From an uncultured Fuscovulum sp. (GTDB lineage: Bacteria; Pseudomonadota; Alphaproteobacteria; Rhodobacterales; Rhodobacteraceae): 64,000 nt of DNA. This document shows positions 21,596 through 32,878 of this stretch, one piece after another. Location of the stretch: positions 9,802 through 73,801 of the forward strand of contig CAYLSD010000019.1 of NCBI GenBank assembly GCA_964386345.1, read 5' to 3'. Every line of letters starts with the position of its first letter. Within the stretch, counting starts at the first letter, position 1. The position numbers were made by a program, and so were the translations under genes. Below the pieces are notes generated by a model that was given only the letters and a program-made list of their open reading frames with translations, searched no databases and was not told the DNA's origin.

Positions 21596-22708
21596 ATGAA
21601 GGGGAAGATGGCGAAGGCGGATGCGGCGCCGGTCTGGGCGCTTGGCGCGATGTCGGGCACCTCGCTGGACGGGGTGGATGCCGCGATGGTGCTGACCGAC
21701 GGCCATTCGGTGCAGGAGTTCGGCCCCCATGCCTATCGCCCCTATACCCCGGCCGAGCAGTCGGTGCTGCGCGCCGCCCTTGGCAAATGGCCCGGCGACC
21801 CGGGCGTGCAGGAGGCGGCGGAGGTGGTGGAGACCGCCCATGCCGAGCTGCTGTCGCGGTTTTCCGGCGCCGATGTCGTCGGCTTCCACGGCCAGACGCT
21901 GGCGCATGACCCAGGCGGCAGGGGAACGCATCAGGCCGGCAACGGCACGCTTCTGGCGCAGGTGCTGAACCTGCCGGTGGTCTGGGATTTCCGATCTTCC
22001 GACGTGGCGCTCGGCGGGCAGGGCGCGCCGCTGGCGCCGTTCTACCATTTCGCGCTGGCGAAACGGATCGGCGCCGCCGGGCCGGTGGCCTTCCTGAACC
22101 TCGGCGGCGTCGGCAACCTGACCTGGGTGGACCCGTCGCAACCCGCGCCCGAGGTTCCCGGCGCCCTGCTGGCCTTCGACACCGGCCCGGCGAACGCCCC
22201 GATCGACGACCTCGCCCGCGCCCGGCTTGGCGTGGCGCGCGACGAAGGCGGCAGGCTGGCCGCGAAGGGCAGGGTGAAGAAGCCGGTGATCGAGGGGTTC
22301 CTCGCCCATCCGTATTTCTACCGCATCCCGCCCAAATCGCTGGACCGCAACGATTTCGCCGGACTTTTGCAGGCGGTGAAGCCCTTGGGCACCGAGGCGG
22401 CCCTTGCCACCCTGACCGCCGCCGCTGCCGCCGCCGTGGCGAAGGGGGCCGAGCATTTCCCCGCCCCCGCCTCGCGCCTTCTGGTCACCGGAGGCGGCCG
22501 CCACAACGCCACCCTGATGCGCCACCTGTCGCGGAAATTCCCCTGTCCGGTGCAGCCGGTTGAGGCTGCGGGTCTCGACGGCGACATGCTGGAGGCGCAG
22601 GCCTTCGCCTTCCTCGCCGTCCGGGTGATGCGCGGCCTGCCCACCTCCTGCGCCACGACCACAGGCGTTCCGGCGGCGGTCGGCGGTGGTCAGGTCAGCA
22701 GGCCATAG
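21596..22708 (+). CDS. anmK: Anhydro-N-acetylmuramic acid kinase
   Basis: [46 protein letters not shown]; alternative start 21608. Confidence 0.95.
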   Translation: MKGKMAKADAAPVWALGAMSGTSLDGVDAAMVLTDGHSVQEFGPHAYRPYTPAEQSVLRAALGKWPGDPGVQEAAEVVETAHAELLSRFSGADVVGFHGQTLAHDPGGRGTHQAGNGTLLAQVLNLPVVWDFRSSDVALGGQGAPLAPFYHFALAKRIGAAGPVAFLNLGGVGNLTWVDPSQPAPEVPGALLAFDTGPANAPIDDLARARLGVARDEGGRLAAKGRVKKPVIEGFLAHPYFYRIPPKSLDRNDFAGLLQAVKPLGTEAALATLTAAAAAAVAKGAEHFPAPASRLLVTGGGRHNATLMRHLSRKFPCPVQPVEAAGLDGDMLEAQAFAFLAVRVMRGLPTSCATTTGVPAAVGGGQVSRP

Positions 22709-22709
22709 C

Positions 22710-22733
22710 GGCGGAATTCGCGCGAATTCCGCC
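22710..22733. other. Perfect 24-bp palindrome between convergent anmK and rarD
   Basis: GGCGGAATTCGC|GCGAATTCCGCC; no U-tract. Confidence 0.6.
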
Positions 22734-22757
22734 CCGATCTCCGCGCGGAAATCTGGG

Positions 22758-23651
22758 CTACCCCCGTGACCGGCGCAGGATCGACCAGGAATAGACCAGC
22801 AGCGCCGCCCAGATGAAGCCGAAGGCTACCAGCTTCACCCGGCTGAACGGCTCTCCGAACAGGAAGACCGCGGTCAGGAAGATCATCGTCGGCGCGATAT
22901 ATTGCATGATGGCGATGGTCGACAGCCGCAGCCGCTTGGCCCCGTTGGCATAGATCATCAGCGGCGCCGCGGTGACGATGCCGCAGCCGAACAGCATCCA
23001 TGTGTCGAAGGGCACGCCTTCCATGAAATGCCCCTCTCCGGTCCAGGCCAGCCATCCGGCATAGCCAAGCGCGAAGGGCAGCAGGATCAGCACCTCCAGC
23101 GCGAAGCCCTGGTTCGGGCCGATCGGCAGGCGGCGTTTCAGATAGGCATAGAACCCCCAGGTCAGGAACAGCCCCGCCGCGATGACCGGCAGTTGCCCGG
23201 CCTCCCATGTCAGGATTCCGACGGCGATGCAGACCAGCGCGATGGCCAGCCACTGGATGCCGCGCAACCGTTCCCCCAGCAGCACCGCGCCGAGGAAGAT
23301 GGAAAACAGCGGATTGATGTAATAGCCAAGCGCCGCGTCCAGCGCATGGTCCGCGCCGATGGCCCAGACATAGATCCCCCAGTTGACCGAGATGATCGCC
23401 GCCGTCAGCGCCGCCATCCCCAGCATCCGCGGGTTGACCAGCGCCGCCTTCAGATCCGCCGTCCGCCGCAGCCAGGCCAGCACGGCCAGGGCCACCGGCA
23501 CCGACCAGATCACCCGATGCGCCAGCACCTCGACCGGGGGGATATGCGCCAGCGCCTTCATGTAAAGCGGCAGGAGCCCCCAGAGGAGATAGGCCGCAAG
23601 GGCATAGAAGAACCCCGAAAGGCTGTCCCCGGTATCCGGCCTGCCTGTCAT
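22758..23651 (-). CDS. rarD: EamA/DMT transporter RarD
   Basis: [45 protein letters not shown]. Confidence 0.92.
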   Translation of the reverse strand: MTGRPDTGDSLSGFFYALAAYLLWGLLPLYMKALAHIPPVEVLAHRVIWSVPVALAVLAWLRRTADLKAALVNPRMLGMAALTAAIISVNWGIYVWAIGADHALDAALGYYINPLFSIFLGAVLLGERLRGIQWLAIALVCIAVGILTWEAGQLPVIAAGLFLTWGFYAYLKRRLPIGPNQGFALEVLILLPFALGYAGWLAWTGEGHFMEGVPFDTWMLFGCGIVTAAPLMIYANGAKRLRLSTIAIMQYIAPTMIFLTAVFLFGEPFSRVKLVAFGFIWAALLVYSWSILRRSRG

Positions 23652-23787
23652 GGCGACGGCTTAGCCGCTCGGCCCGCGCTCCGCCACGGGGAAGTTGTCA
23701 CCCACACAATCCGGGAGCGAGGGCGGTGCGAGGCTGTCCGGGAAGGCAGGGCCCTCTCGTCAGGCGACGGGGCAGCTAGCGCAGGGC

Positions 23788-23878
23788 TGGGGTCGGCCAT
23801 ACGGGCGTATGGGCCATACTGCCGTATGGACCCTGCGCCCGGATTGGCCCTACGCGCCGTCTATTATTGGCCATACGC
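23788..23878. repeat. Repeat family A: array of 17-bp palindromic units (consensus CCGTATGG-N-CCATACGG)
   Basis: Units at 23788, 23805, 23822, 23839 in exact 17-bp register plus an off-register unit at 23862. Confidence 0.8.
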
Positions 23879-23883
23879 GCCGC

Positions 23884-24798
23884 CTACTGCGGGGGCCGGA
23901 CCCGCCGCGCCAGATAGTCCCGGGTGAAGGCCGCATAGCCGTCCGCCGTCACCCGCAACTCGTCCCGCATCAGCGCATGGACCTCGGGCAGGCGGTGGAA
24001 GGGGACGGCGGGCCAGACGTGGTGCTCGACATGATAGGGCATGTTCCAGGCCAGGGCGCGGACGATCCGGTTGGTGAAGGTGGTCCGGGTGTTCTCGAAC
24101 ATGTTCGCCACCCGCGGGCAGTCGCCATGTTCCGCCAGCAGGTAAAGCCGCAGGAAGGGCTGGCCGAGCAGAACCGGCACCACCCAGACCCACAGCACGG
24201 CCGGCGACCAGACCAGGCTTGCCGCCAGCCCGGCGTAGACCAGCACCATCCCCCGCGCCTCCCGGACGATCCGGGCCTTGGCGCCTTCGGGCAGGTAGTC
24301 GCCCTCGGCCCGGCCGATGGAAAGCGCCGCCATCAGCCGCAGCGCGGCCCACCAATAAGGCAGGCCGGAAACATGCCAGACCCAGGCCGCCACGCCCTCG
24401 GGTTTTTCCGAGGCCAGTTCCGGGTCCTTTCCCGGCAGGTTGGTCCAGCGGTGATGCGCCAGGTGGAACCAGCGGAACCATTCGAAGGGCAGCACCAGCG
24501 CCAGCCCGCACAGCCGTCCGACCCGGTCGTTCAGCCGCTCGCTGGCAAAGGGGGTGCGATGGGTGCATTCATGCTCAAGCGTGAAGAGGAAGACGATCAG
24601 CACGCCCTGCACCGGCAGGAGCAATGCCCATCCCGGCACAGCCGCCGCGATCAGGCCGCCGCAGGCGAGGATCGCCCCGAGATGCCCGGCCAGATGGCGC
24701 AGGCCCGGGGCATCGAACCGCTCGATCATCCCGGCCCGCAACTCGGGCGGAAGGTTCGACAGAAACTCCCTGTGGTCCATGGGTGGTTCCTTCGGCAT
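23884..24798 (-). CDS. Membrane fatty-acid-desaturase-family di-iron protein (MocD-like)
   Basis: Three His boxes HECTH, HLAHH, HVEHH; alternative start 24780. Confidence 0.88.
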   Translation of the reverse strand: MPKEPPMDHREFLSNLPPELRAGMIERFDAPGLRHLAGHLGAILACGGLIAAAVPGWALLLPVQGVLIVFLFTLEHECTHRTPFASERLNDRVGRLCGLALVLPFEWFRWFHLAHHRWTNLPGKDPELASEKPEGVAAWVWHVSGLPYWWAALRLMAALSIGRAEGDYLPEGAKARIVREARGMVLVYAGLAASLVWSPAVLWVWVVPVLLGQPFLRLYLLAEHGDCPRVANMFENTRTTFTNRIVRALAWNMPYHVEHHVWPAVPFHRLPEVHALMRDELRVTADGYAAFTRDYLARRVRPPQ

Positions 24799-25170
24799 TG
24801 CTTCCCCTTCGGGTCTTGCCCCTCACTCCGGCATCGCCCTTCATTCGGCCTTGCTCTTCAAGGCATGATCGCGGCGTGTTCCGGTATCGCCCCGTTCCGG
24901 CCCGATGTCTTCTTCCGGTCAGCCGCCGCTCTCTTCCAGTTTCCAGCCAGGTGCTGCCCAGCCGACTCCGGGTTCGTCAGTTCTTGCCTTTCACGGCCCA
25001 TCCTGCATGGCTCGGGCCCTTGTCGGCCGCAAGTCGACCTGCTCCGGTCATGCCGATGATCGCCATGGCGCGACGCAAGGCAAGCCTGTTCGACATCGCC
25101 GGGCAACCGGGCGGTTCCGGTCTGCCTTGGGCTTCCCCGGAATGCGGGGCGCCTGATGGGTCGGACGAGT

Positions 25171-25216
25171 CCTGCCCCGTATGGGCCATACGGTAGAATG
25201 GCCCATACGGGGCAGG
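25171..25216. repeat. Repeat family A: perfect 19-bp-stem hairpin containing two 17-bp units
   Basis: CCTGCCCCGTATGGGCCAT-ACGGTAGA-ATGGCCCATACGGGGCAGG; units at 25177 (perfect) and 25194. Confidence 0.85.
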
Positions 25217-25636
25217 GTATTTCCGATTGCCAGGGGCCGCCTTGGTCCGCGCGAGACGGCTGCAAGCAGAATGGCCAATGGCGGCGCCATGGGGCCGACC
25301 GGCGCCCACACCGGACTCCGGTGCCGGGGATCGGCGCGCCCGTCCCTGCCTCCCGAAGGCATCGCTTCCAATCCTCTGACAGGCAGGGGCATATTGTGCG
25401 GCGGTCTCCATCGCCGAAGGCGCTTCCCCGGCCGGCAGCCTTCGCCCGTTCAGGGGAAGGTTCCGATATCCCAAGGCCGCCGATGAGTTGCGTTCGATAT
25501 CTGCCTTCCCCGTGGGTTTTGGTGGCCCAGGATGTTGAAAGGCAGGGGATCGGGCATGATGATCCTGCAAGCCGCTCCGATGGCTTCGGGGTGGGCTGCA
25601 AAATCATGCACCGCGTCGCAATATCCTGCCGTGCCC

Positions 25637-26173
25637 CTACAACCTGCGCACCGCCCCCGGCGCCAGCCCCTCAAGCGTCCAGTCGCCCACGCGCCAGCGG
25701 ATCAGCCGCAGGCAGGGCAGGCCGATGGCGGCGCACATCCGGCGCACCTGCCGGTTGCGGCCCTCGCGCAGGGTCAGTTCGATCCAGCCGTCGGGCACCG
25801 TCTTGCGCTCGCGCACCGGCGGGGTGCGGGGCCAGAGCCATACGGGCGTATCCACCATACGGGCGCCCGCTGGCAGGGTCGGGCCGTCCTTCAGCTCCAC
25901 CCCGCGGCGCAGGGCGGCAAGGGCGGTTTCCGTTATCGCCCCCTCGACCTGCGCCAGATAGACCTTCTCCAGCTTGTGCCGCGGATCGCTGATGCGGGCC
26001 TGCAACCGCCCGTCGTCGGTCAGCACCACCAGCCCCTCGGAATCCCGGTCGAGCCGCCCGGCGGGATAGACGCCCTTGTCGCGGACGAAATCCGCCAGCG
26101 TGGGCCGCCCCTCGGCGTCGGTGAACTGGCAGAGGACGTCATAGGGTTTGTTCAGGAGGATCAGCCGGGCCAT
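25637..26173 (-). CDS. rluE: rRNA large-subunit pseudouridine synthase E (RsuA family)
   Basis: [38 protein letters not shown]. Confidence 0.9.
   Translation of the reverse strand: MARLILLNKPYDVLCQFTDAEGRPTLADFVRDKGVYPAGRLDRDSEGLVVLTDDGRLQARISDPRHKLEKVYLAQVEGAITETALAALRRGVELKDGPTLPAGARMVDTPVWLWPRTPPVRERKTVPDGWIELTLREGRNRQVRRMCAAIGLPCLRLIRWRVGDWTLEGLAPGAVRRL
25829..25862. repeat. Repeat family A doublet inside rluE
   Basis: GGGCCAGA-G-CCATACGG followed at +17 by GCGTATCC-A-CCATACGG. Confidence 0.6.
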
Positions 26174-26343
26174 GGGGCAGGGGTAGCGCATCGCGGCGCG
26201 GCTGGCCAGAACGGGTGTCGGATGCGCCCGGAGGCAGTTGGCTGGCAGAGGACAGCAAGCAACCGAACGGGACGCAGCCGAAGGAGATGGATACATGTGC
26301 GCAGCCGCTTGTCAGCACCCCGCGCCGCTGGCAGGGTCGCGCC

Positions 26344-27399
26344 ATGCAGATCGTCGTCATCGGCGCCGGGGTGATCGGCGCATCCATCGCCTTCCAGCTT
26401 GCCCGCCGCGGCCATGGCGTCACCATCCTCGACGGGCAGGGCATCGCCGCCGGGGCCTCGGGGCGCAGCTTCGGATGGATCAACGCCTCCTACTTCCTGA
26501 CCGAGGCGCATTACCGCCTGCGGCTGGAGGGCATCGCCGCTCACCGCCGCCTGTGCGGGATCCTGCCCGATTGCCCCACGAGCTGGCCCGGCTGCCTGTG
26601 GTTCGAGGAGACCGGCGCCGCGCAGGCCGCCTTCGCCGCGGACCTGCGCGCGCTTGGCTATCCGGTCGAAACATGGGACGGCGGCCGCATCAGGCGTGAT
26701 CTGCCGCAGCTTGGCGCCGCGCCCGAAAGCGCGCTGTTCCTGCCCGGCGAGGGCGCGGTCGATCCCGCGCTTCTCGCCGCCCGGCTGATCGCCGCCTCCG
26801 GCGCGCGGCTCTGGCGAGGCGTGGCGGCGGAAGGGCTCGTGCAGGCACAGGGCAGGGTGAGTGGCGTCCAGACCGCGCAAGGGGGGATTGCCGCCGATGC
26901 CGTGGTGGTGGCCGCCGGGACCGGCGCGCCCGCGCTGGTGGAGCCGCTGGGGATGACGCTGCCGATGCTGCCGCGCCCGGGGCTGATCCTGAAGACGCCG
27001 CCGCTGCCGCCGGTTCTGCCGCTGGTCCTCTGGGGGCCGGGGGGCGAGTTGCGGCAGGACGAGGCCGGGCGGCTGGTGATGCCGACGGCGGCCAACCATC
27101 AGGGCGATGCGGCGGAGACCGTCGCGGGCCTTGCCGGTGCCCATGCCGATGCCGCCATGGCGCGGCTGCGGGCGCTGCTGCCCGGGGTGCGGGCAGAGTG
27201 GGACGAGGTGGCGCTGGCCCATCGCCCGGTGCCGGGCGACGGCCTGCCGGTGATCGGGCAGGCGCGCCCCGGCCTCTGGCTGGCGGTGATGCATTCCGGT
27301 GCGACGCTGGCGGCGATCACCGGAGAACTGGTGGCGCAGGAGATGGAAGGGGCGGAGAGCGGGCTGCTCGCCGATTTCCGGCCCGGCCGGTTCGGCTGA
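26344..27399 (+). CDS. FAD-dependent oxidoreductase, DAO/DadA family
   Basis: IVVIGAGVIG, ASGRSFGWIN, RPVPGDGLPVIG, MHSGATLA. Confidence 0.9.
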   Translation: MQIVVIGAGVIGASIAFQLARRGHGVTILDGQGIAAGASGRSFGWINASYFLTEAHYRLRLEGIAAHRRLCGILPDCPTSWPGCLWFEETGAAQAAFAADLRALGYPVETWDGGRIRRDLPQLGAAPESALFLPGEGAVDPALLAARLIAASGARLWRGVAAEGLVQAQGRVSGVQTAQGGIAADAVVVAAGTGAPALVEPLGMTLPMLPRPGLILKTPPLPPVLPLVLWGPGGELRQDEAGRLVMPTAANHQGDAAETVAGLAGAHADAAMARLRALLPGVRAEWDEVALAHRPVPGDGLPVIGQARPGLWLAVMHSGATLAAITGELVAQEMEGAESGLLADFRPGRFG

Positions 27400-27482
27400 A
27401 CGGCGCTCGGCGGCAGAGAAGAAGACGGCCGCCTGCCACCCTGGCTTGCGCCCTCAGAATGCTCGGGGTATCTGTCGCTCAT

Positions 27483-27505
27483 GATATGTAATGATATAAC
27501 ATATC
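27483..27505. promoter_or_regulatory. Zur box upstream of zinT
   Basis: GATATGTAATGATATAACATATC, 23-bp near-palindrome resembling Zur consensus GAAATGTTATAwTATAACATTTC. Confidence 0.8.
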
Positions 27506-27541
27506 GAATCAATGCGGCGATACCTTGAAAGGAACTCCACC

Positions 27542-28204
27542 ATGCGACTGACGACACAAGGATGGACCGGCGCCCTGGCATTGGCTTCGGTGCTTGCCCT
27601 GGCCCTGCCGGCGGCGGCCCAGCAGGCGGCCGATGAGGGCCATGACCATGACCACTCCCATGCGGCGGACGACCAGGTCTACAATGGCTATTTCGACGAT
27701 GCCCAGATCGCGGCCCGCCCGCTTTCCGACTGGGAGGGCGACTGGCAGTCGGTCTATCCGCTTCTGCTCGACGGCACGCTGGACCCGGTGATGCAGCACA
27801 AGGCCGGGCATGGCGGCAAGAGCGCCGAGGAATATCGCGCCTATTACGACACCGGCTATCGCACCGATGTCGACCGGATCGAAATCCATGGCGACAGCGT
27901 CAGCTTCCATCGCGCGGCCGGTGTGGTGTCGGCGCACTATGCCGATGACGGGCATGAGGTGCTGACCTATGAAAAGGGCAATCGCGGCGTGCGCTACATC
28001 TTCCGCAAGGTCGAGGGCGACGCGGCGGCGCCCGGTTTCATCCAGTTCAGCGACCACGCCATCGCGCCGGTGAAGGCGGGGCATTATCACCTCTATTGGG
28101 GCGATGATCGCGCGGCGCTGCTGCAGGAGGTGACCAACTGGCCGACCTATTATCCCGCGGCGCTGACCCCGGCCGAAATCCTGTCGGAAATGCAGGCGCA
28201 TTGA
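27542..28204 (+). CDS. zinT: Periplasmic zinc-binding protein ZinT
   Basis: Signal peptide, His patch EGHDHDHSH, LSDWEGDWQSVY, YEKGNRGVRY, FSDH, HYHLYWG, NWPTYYP. Confidence 0.92.
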   Translation: MRLTTQGWTGALALASVLALALPAAAQQAADEGHDHDHSHAADDQVYNGYFDDAQIAARPLSDWEGDWQSVYPLLLDGTLDPVMQHKAGHGGKSAEEYRAYYDTGYRTDVDRIEIHGDSVSFHRAAGVVSAHYADDGHEVLTYEKGNRGVRYIFRKVEGDAAAPGFIQFSDHAIAPVKAGHYHLYWGDDRAALLQEVTNWPTYYPAALTPAEILSEMQAH

Positions 28205-28220
28205 TCTGCACCAGCCGAAA

Positions 28221-28244
28221 CGGGCGCCCTTCCGGGGGCGCCCG
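28221..28244. terminator. Probable bidirectional terminator (zinT/eno)
   Basis: CGGGCGCCC-TTCCGG-GGGCGCCCG, flanked by GAAA and TTTT. Confidence 0.65.
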
Positions 28245-28256
28245 CAGCGGTTTTCC

Positions 28257-30507
<2,251 letters not shown>

Positions 30508-30568
30508 GGCAGCCTCCAGCAGCCGGGATCGGGCAAGGCCCTACACCGGCCACCGGGGAAAGGGAACC

Positions 30569-31414
30569 TCAGCGGTAGATCTTCGGCGCGCCCGCCCGGT
30601 CGTGCAGCGCGTTCACCTCATGCGGTTGCAGTTCCAGCCCCTGCGCCAGCGCGTGCAGGTATTGCGCCTCTTCCTGCCGGTCGAGGTCTATCGCCGACAG
30701 CGAGGCCAGGTAGACCTGCGCCTCCATCCCGTTCGGCACCATCCGCACCAGCGCATCGACATCCACCGGGGCCGACAGTTCGGCATTCACCGCCTGCACC
30801 TCGGCCTGGGTGGCGTCGCCCATGGCCTCCATCAGCTTCTTCTTCTCGGCGGCATCCAGTTCCCCGTCGCATTTCACCGCCTGAATGATCGCCTTCAGCA
30901 TCAGCGCGGCGGAAATCTCGTCCTCCTCCTCGATCCGCAAGGAGCCGCCCGCAGGCCGCGCCGCGGAAGCGCCGAGGACGGAGCCGAGAAGATCGCCGAT
31001 CCCGCCCGCGTTCTGGCCGCCCCGGCCCGAGCGCGCGCCGGTCATCTGTTCCAGCACTGATTCCAGCCCGCCCTTTGGCGCGGTCTTGCGGCTGGTGGTG
31101 CGCTTCTGGCCCAGCACCTCTTCCAGCAGGTCGCCGCCGCGGCCGCTGCGGCTGGAGCGGGTGGCATTGCTGCCGGAATTGCCCAGCAGGTCGCCCATCA
31201 GATCGCCAAGCCCGCCGGATTGCCCCGCGGACCGGCCCGCCGGGCGCGTGCTTCCGGCCGAGCTGCCGCCGCCCAGCATCCCGCCGAGCACGTCGCCCAG
31301 ACCGCCGCCCGAGCCGGAAGCACCGCTTCCGCCCGCGCTCTTTGCGAGGGTCGAGACGCCCTTGGCCACCGCCACCCCGATCGCCACCTTCATCAATGTC
31401 TTTCCGAGACTCAT
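30569..31414 (-). CDS. DUF533 / TerB-like protein with Gly/Ser-rich N-terminus
   Basis: LMLKAIIQAVKCDGELD..E, QVYLASLSAIDLD...E..YL..LA. Confidence 0.8.
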   Translation of the reverse strand: MSLGKTLMKVAIGVAVAKGVSTLAKSAGGSGASGSGGGLGDVLGGMLGGGSSAGSTRPAGRSAGQSGGLGDLMGDLLGNSGSNATRSSRSGRGGDLLEEVLGQKRTTSRKTAPKGGLESVLEQMTGARSGRGGQNAGGIGDLLGSVLGASAARPAGGSLRIEEEDEISAALMLKAIIQAVKCDGELDAAEKKKLMEAMGDATQAEVQAVNAELSAPVDVDALVRMVPNGMEAQVYLASLSAIDLDRQEEAQYLHALAQGLELQPHEVNALHDRAGAPKIYR

Positions 31415-31528
31415 CGCAAGGGCCCTCCAGCCGGACAACAGGGACTAGAGCCTTGCTTGCGCTTCCGCCGCGGTCAATGCAAAACACCGTCCGGGGCAGG
31501 GGGAATTCCCGGGGGATCGCGTCACATC

Positions 31529-32413
31529 ATGCGCAAGGACAGCCTCGATGCCGCCGGGGTGGCAATGCTGCTGGGGGTGCAGCTTCTGCTGGCGCTGAAC
31601 CAGATCAGCATCAAGGTTGTGAATGCCGGGCTTCAGCCGGTGTTCTTCGCGGGCCTGCGTTCGGCGCTGGCGATCCTGTTCGTCTGGGGCTGGCTGGTCT
31701 TCCGAGGCCGCCCGCCGCGGCTGAACCGCGCCGCGCTGCTGCCGGGCCTTGCCATGGGCGCGGTCTTCGCGGCCGAGTTCCTGTTCCTTTTCGTCGCGCT
31801 GGACCTGACCACGGTCGGCCGCGCCTCGGTGCTGATGTATTCGATGCCGCTCTGGTTCGCGCTGATGGCGCATTTCGGGCTGGGGGACCGCATCACGCCC
31901 TTGAAGGCATTCGGGCTGGTGCTGGCCTTCGCGGGCACCGCCTGGGCGATTCTCGGCGGCGCGAAAGGGGGCGAGGGCAGCATCCTGGGCGATCTCTGCG
32001 CGCTTGGGGCGGCGGTCGGCTGGGCGGGGACGGCCTTCATCGCCCGCCGCCCGATGATGCGGGCCGAGGGGCCGGAGATGCAGCTTTTCTGGATGGTCCT
32101 CGTCTCCGCGCCGATCCTGCTGGCGATCGCGCCGATCTTCGGCCCGCTGGTCCGCGACCTGCAGCCGCTGCACCTGTGGCTGCTGCTGTTCCAGGCCACC
32201 ATCGTCGTGGCCGGGGGCTTCATCGCCTGGCTGTGGCTGATGTCGGTCTATCCCTCCTCGACCGTCGCCGCCTTCTCCTTCCTGACGCCGGTGCTGGCCA
32301 TCCTTCTGGGGGCAGCGATCTTCGGCGAGACCCTCTCGCCGGCGATTCTCGGCCCCGGGGTTCTGGTGGCGGCGGGCATCGTGCTGATCAACCGCTCGGC
32401 CGCGCGGCGCTGA
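31529..32413 (+). CDS. DMT/EamA family transporter
   Basis: MRKDSLD, GLQPVFFAGLRS, LDLTTVGRAS, AFSFLTPV. Confidence 0.88.
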   Translation: MRKDSLDAAGVAMLLGVQLLLALNQISIKVVNAGLQPVFFAGLRSALAILFVWGWLVFRGRPPRLNRAALLPGLAMGAVFAAEFLFLFVALDLTTVGRASVLMYSMPLWFALMAHFGLGDRITPLKAFGLVLAFAGTAWAILGGAKGGEGSILGDLCALGAAVGWAGTAFIARRPMMRAEGPEMQLFWMVLVSAPILLAIAPIFGPLVRDLQPLHLWLLLFQATIVVAGGFIAWLWLMSVYPSSTVAAFSFLTPVLAILLGAAIFGETLSPAILGPGVLVAAGIVLINRSAARR

Positions 32414-32539
32414 GGGCGCGAGAATCGGCTGATCGGCGGCGCAGGATTTGTCCCCCGCATCATCCGTTGCCTGAACCTGCGGCCCCAACCGCGCCGCTTT
32501 CTTGGCAAAAGGGCCGGAGTTCAGAAAACACTCCAACCC

Positions 32540-32548
32540 TTGTCCACA
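32540..32548 (+). promoter_or_regulatory. DnaA-box-like 9-mer upstream of nrdJ
   Basis: TTGTCCACA in the 465-bp nrdJ upstream region. Confidence 0.3.
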
Positions 32549-32705
32549 GGACCCTCCACAACCGGAAGGCGGAAAAGGTTACAAATCCGTGAACTGGGCG
32601 TGACGTGATGACGAAAGCGTCAAGACGGAAAATCCGCCGAAGAGGCAAAAAAAACCGTTGAACCGTCTTGGTGAATACGACAGGTTGACCGGGTGTTTCG
32701 GGCAG

Positions 32706-32721
32706 ACACTAAATCTAGTGT
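32706..32721. promoter_or_regulatory. NrdR box
   Basis: ACACTAAATCTAGTGT matches acaCwAtATaTwGtgt, about 160 bp upstream of nrdJ; weaker candidate CAAGAGATGG at 32744. Confidence 0.8.
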
Positions 32722-32878
32722 CGTCGGGCAGAGGCAGGACCCTCAAGAGATGGCAGCCGGCATCACGGCGCCGAACCCCTGTCGGCAGGCAGCCGGCGGG
32801 GCCGGGTTCCTGTGTTCCGTTCCGTCCGGCCGCATGCAGGACCATGCCGGGCTTCCGGCCAATGAAGGATCAGGGGCA

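Noticed and set aside
23788-23878. CRISPR interpretation of the 17-bp arrays
   Set aside because: Units abut with no spacers, are too short and degenerate, and no cas genes are present.
25350-25445. Tandem CCGAAGG motifs reminiscent of a glycine riboswitch
   Set aside because: Lacks the GGAGA and CTCTCAGG elements, and on this strand there is no downstream gene.
24858-25607. ORFs of 83-249 aa in the desaturase-rluE gap
   Set aside because: Mutually overlapping, low-complexity, no recognisable domain or convincing RBS.
32414-32878. Possible cobalamin riboswitch before B12-dependent nrdJ
   Set aside because: No B12-box (GCCCCCGCAACTGT / GCCACTG) found by eye.
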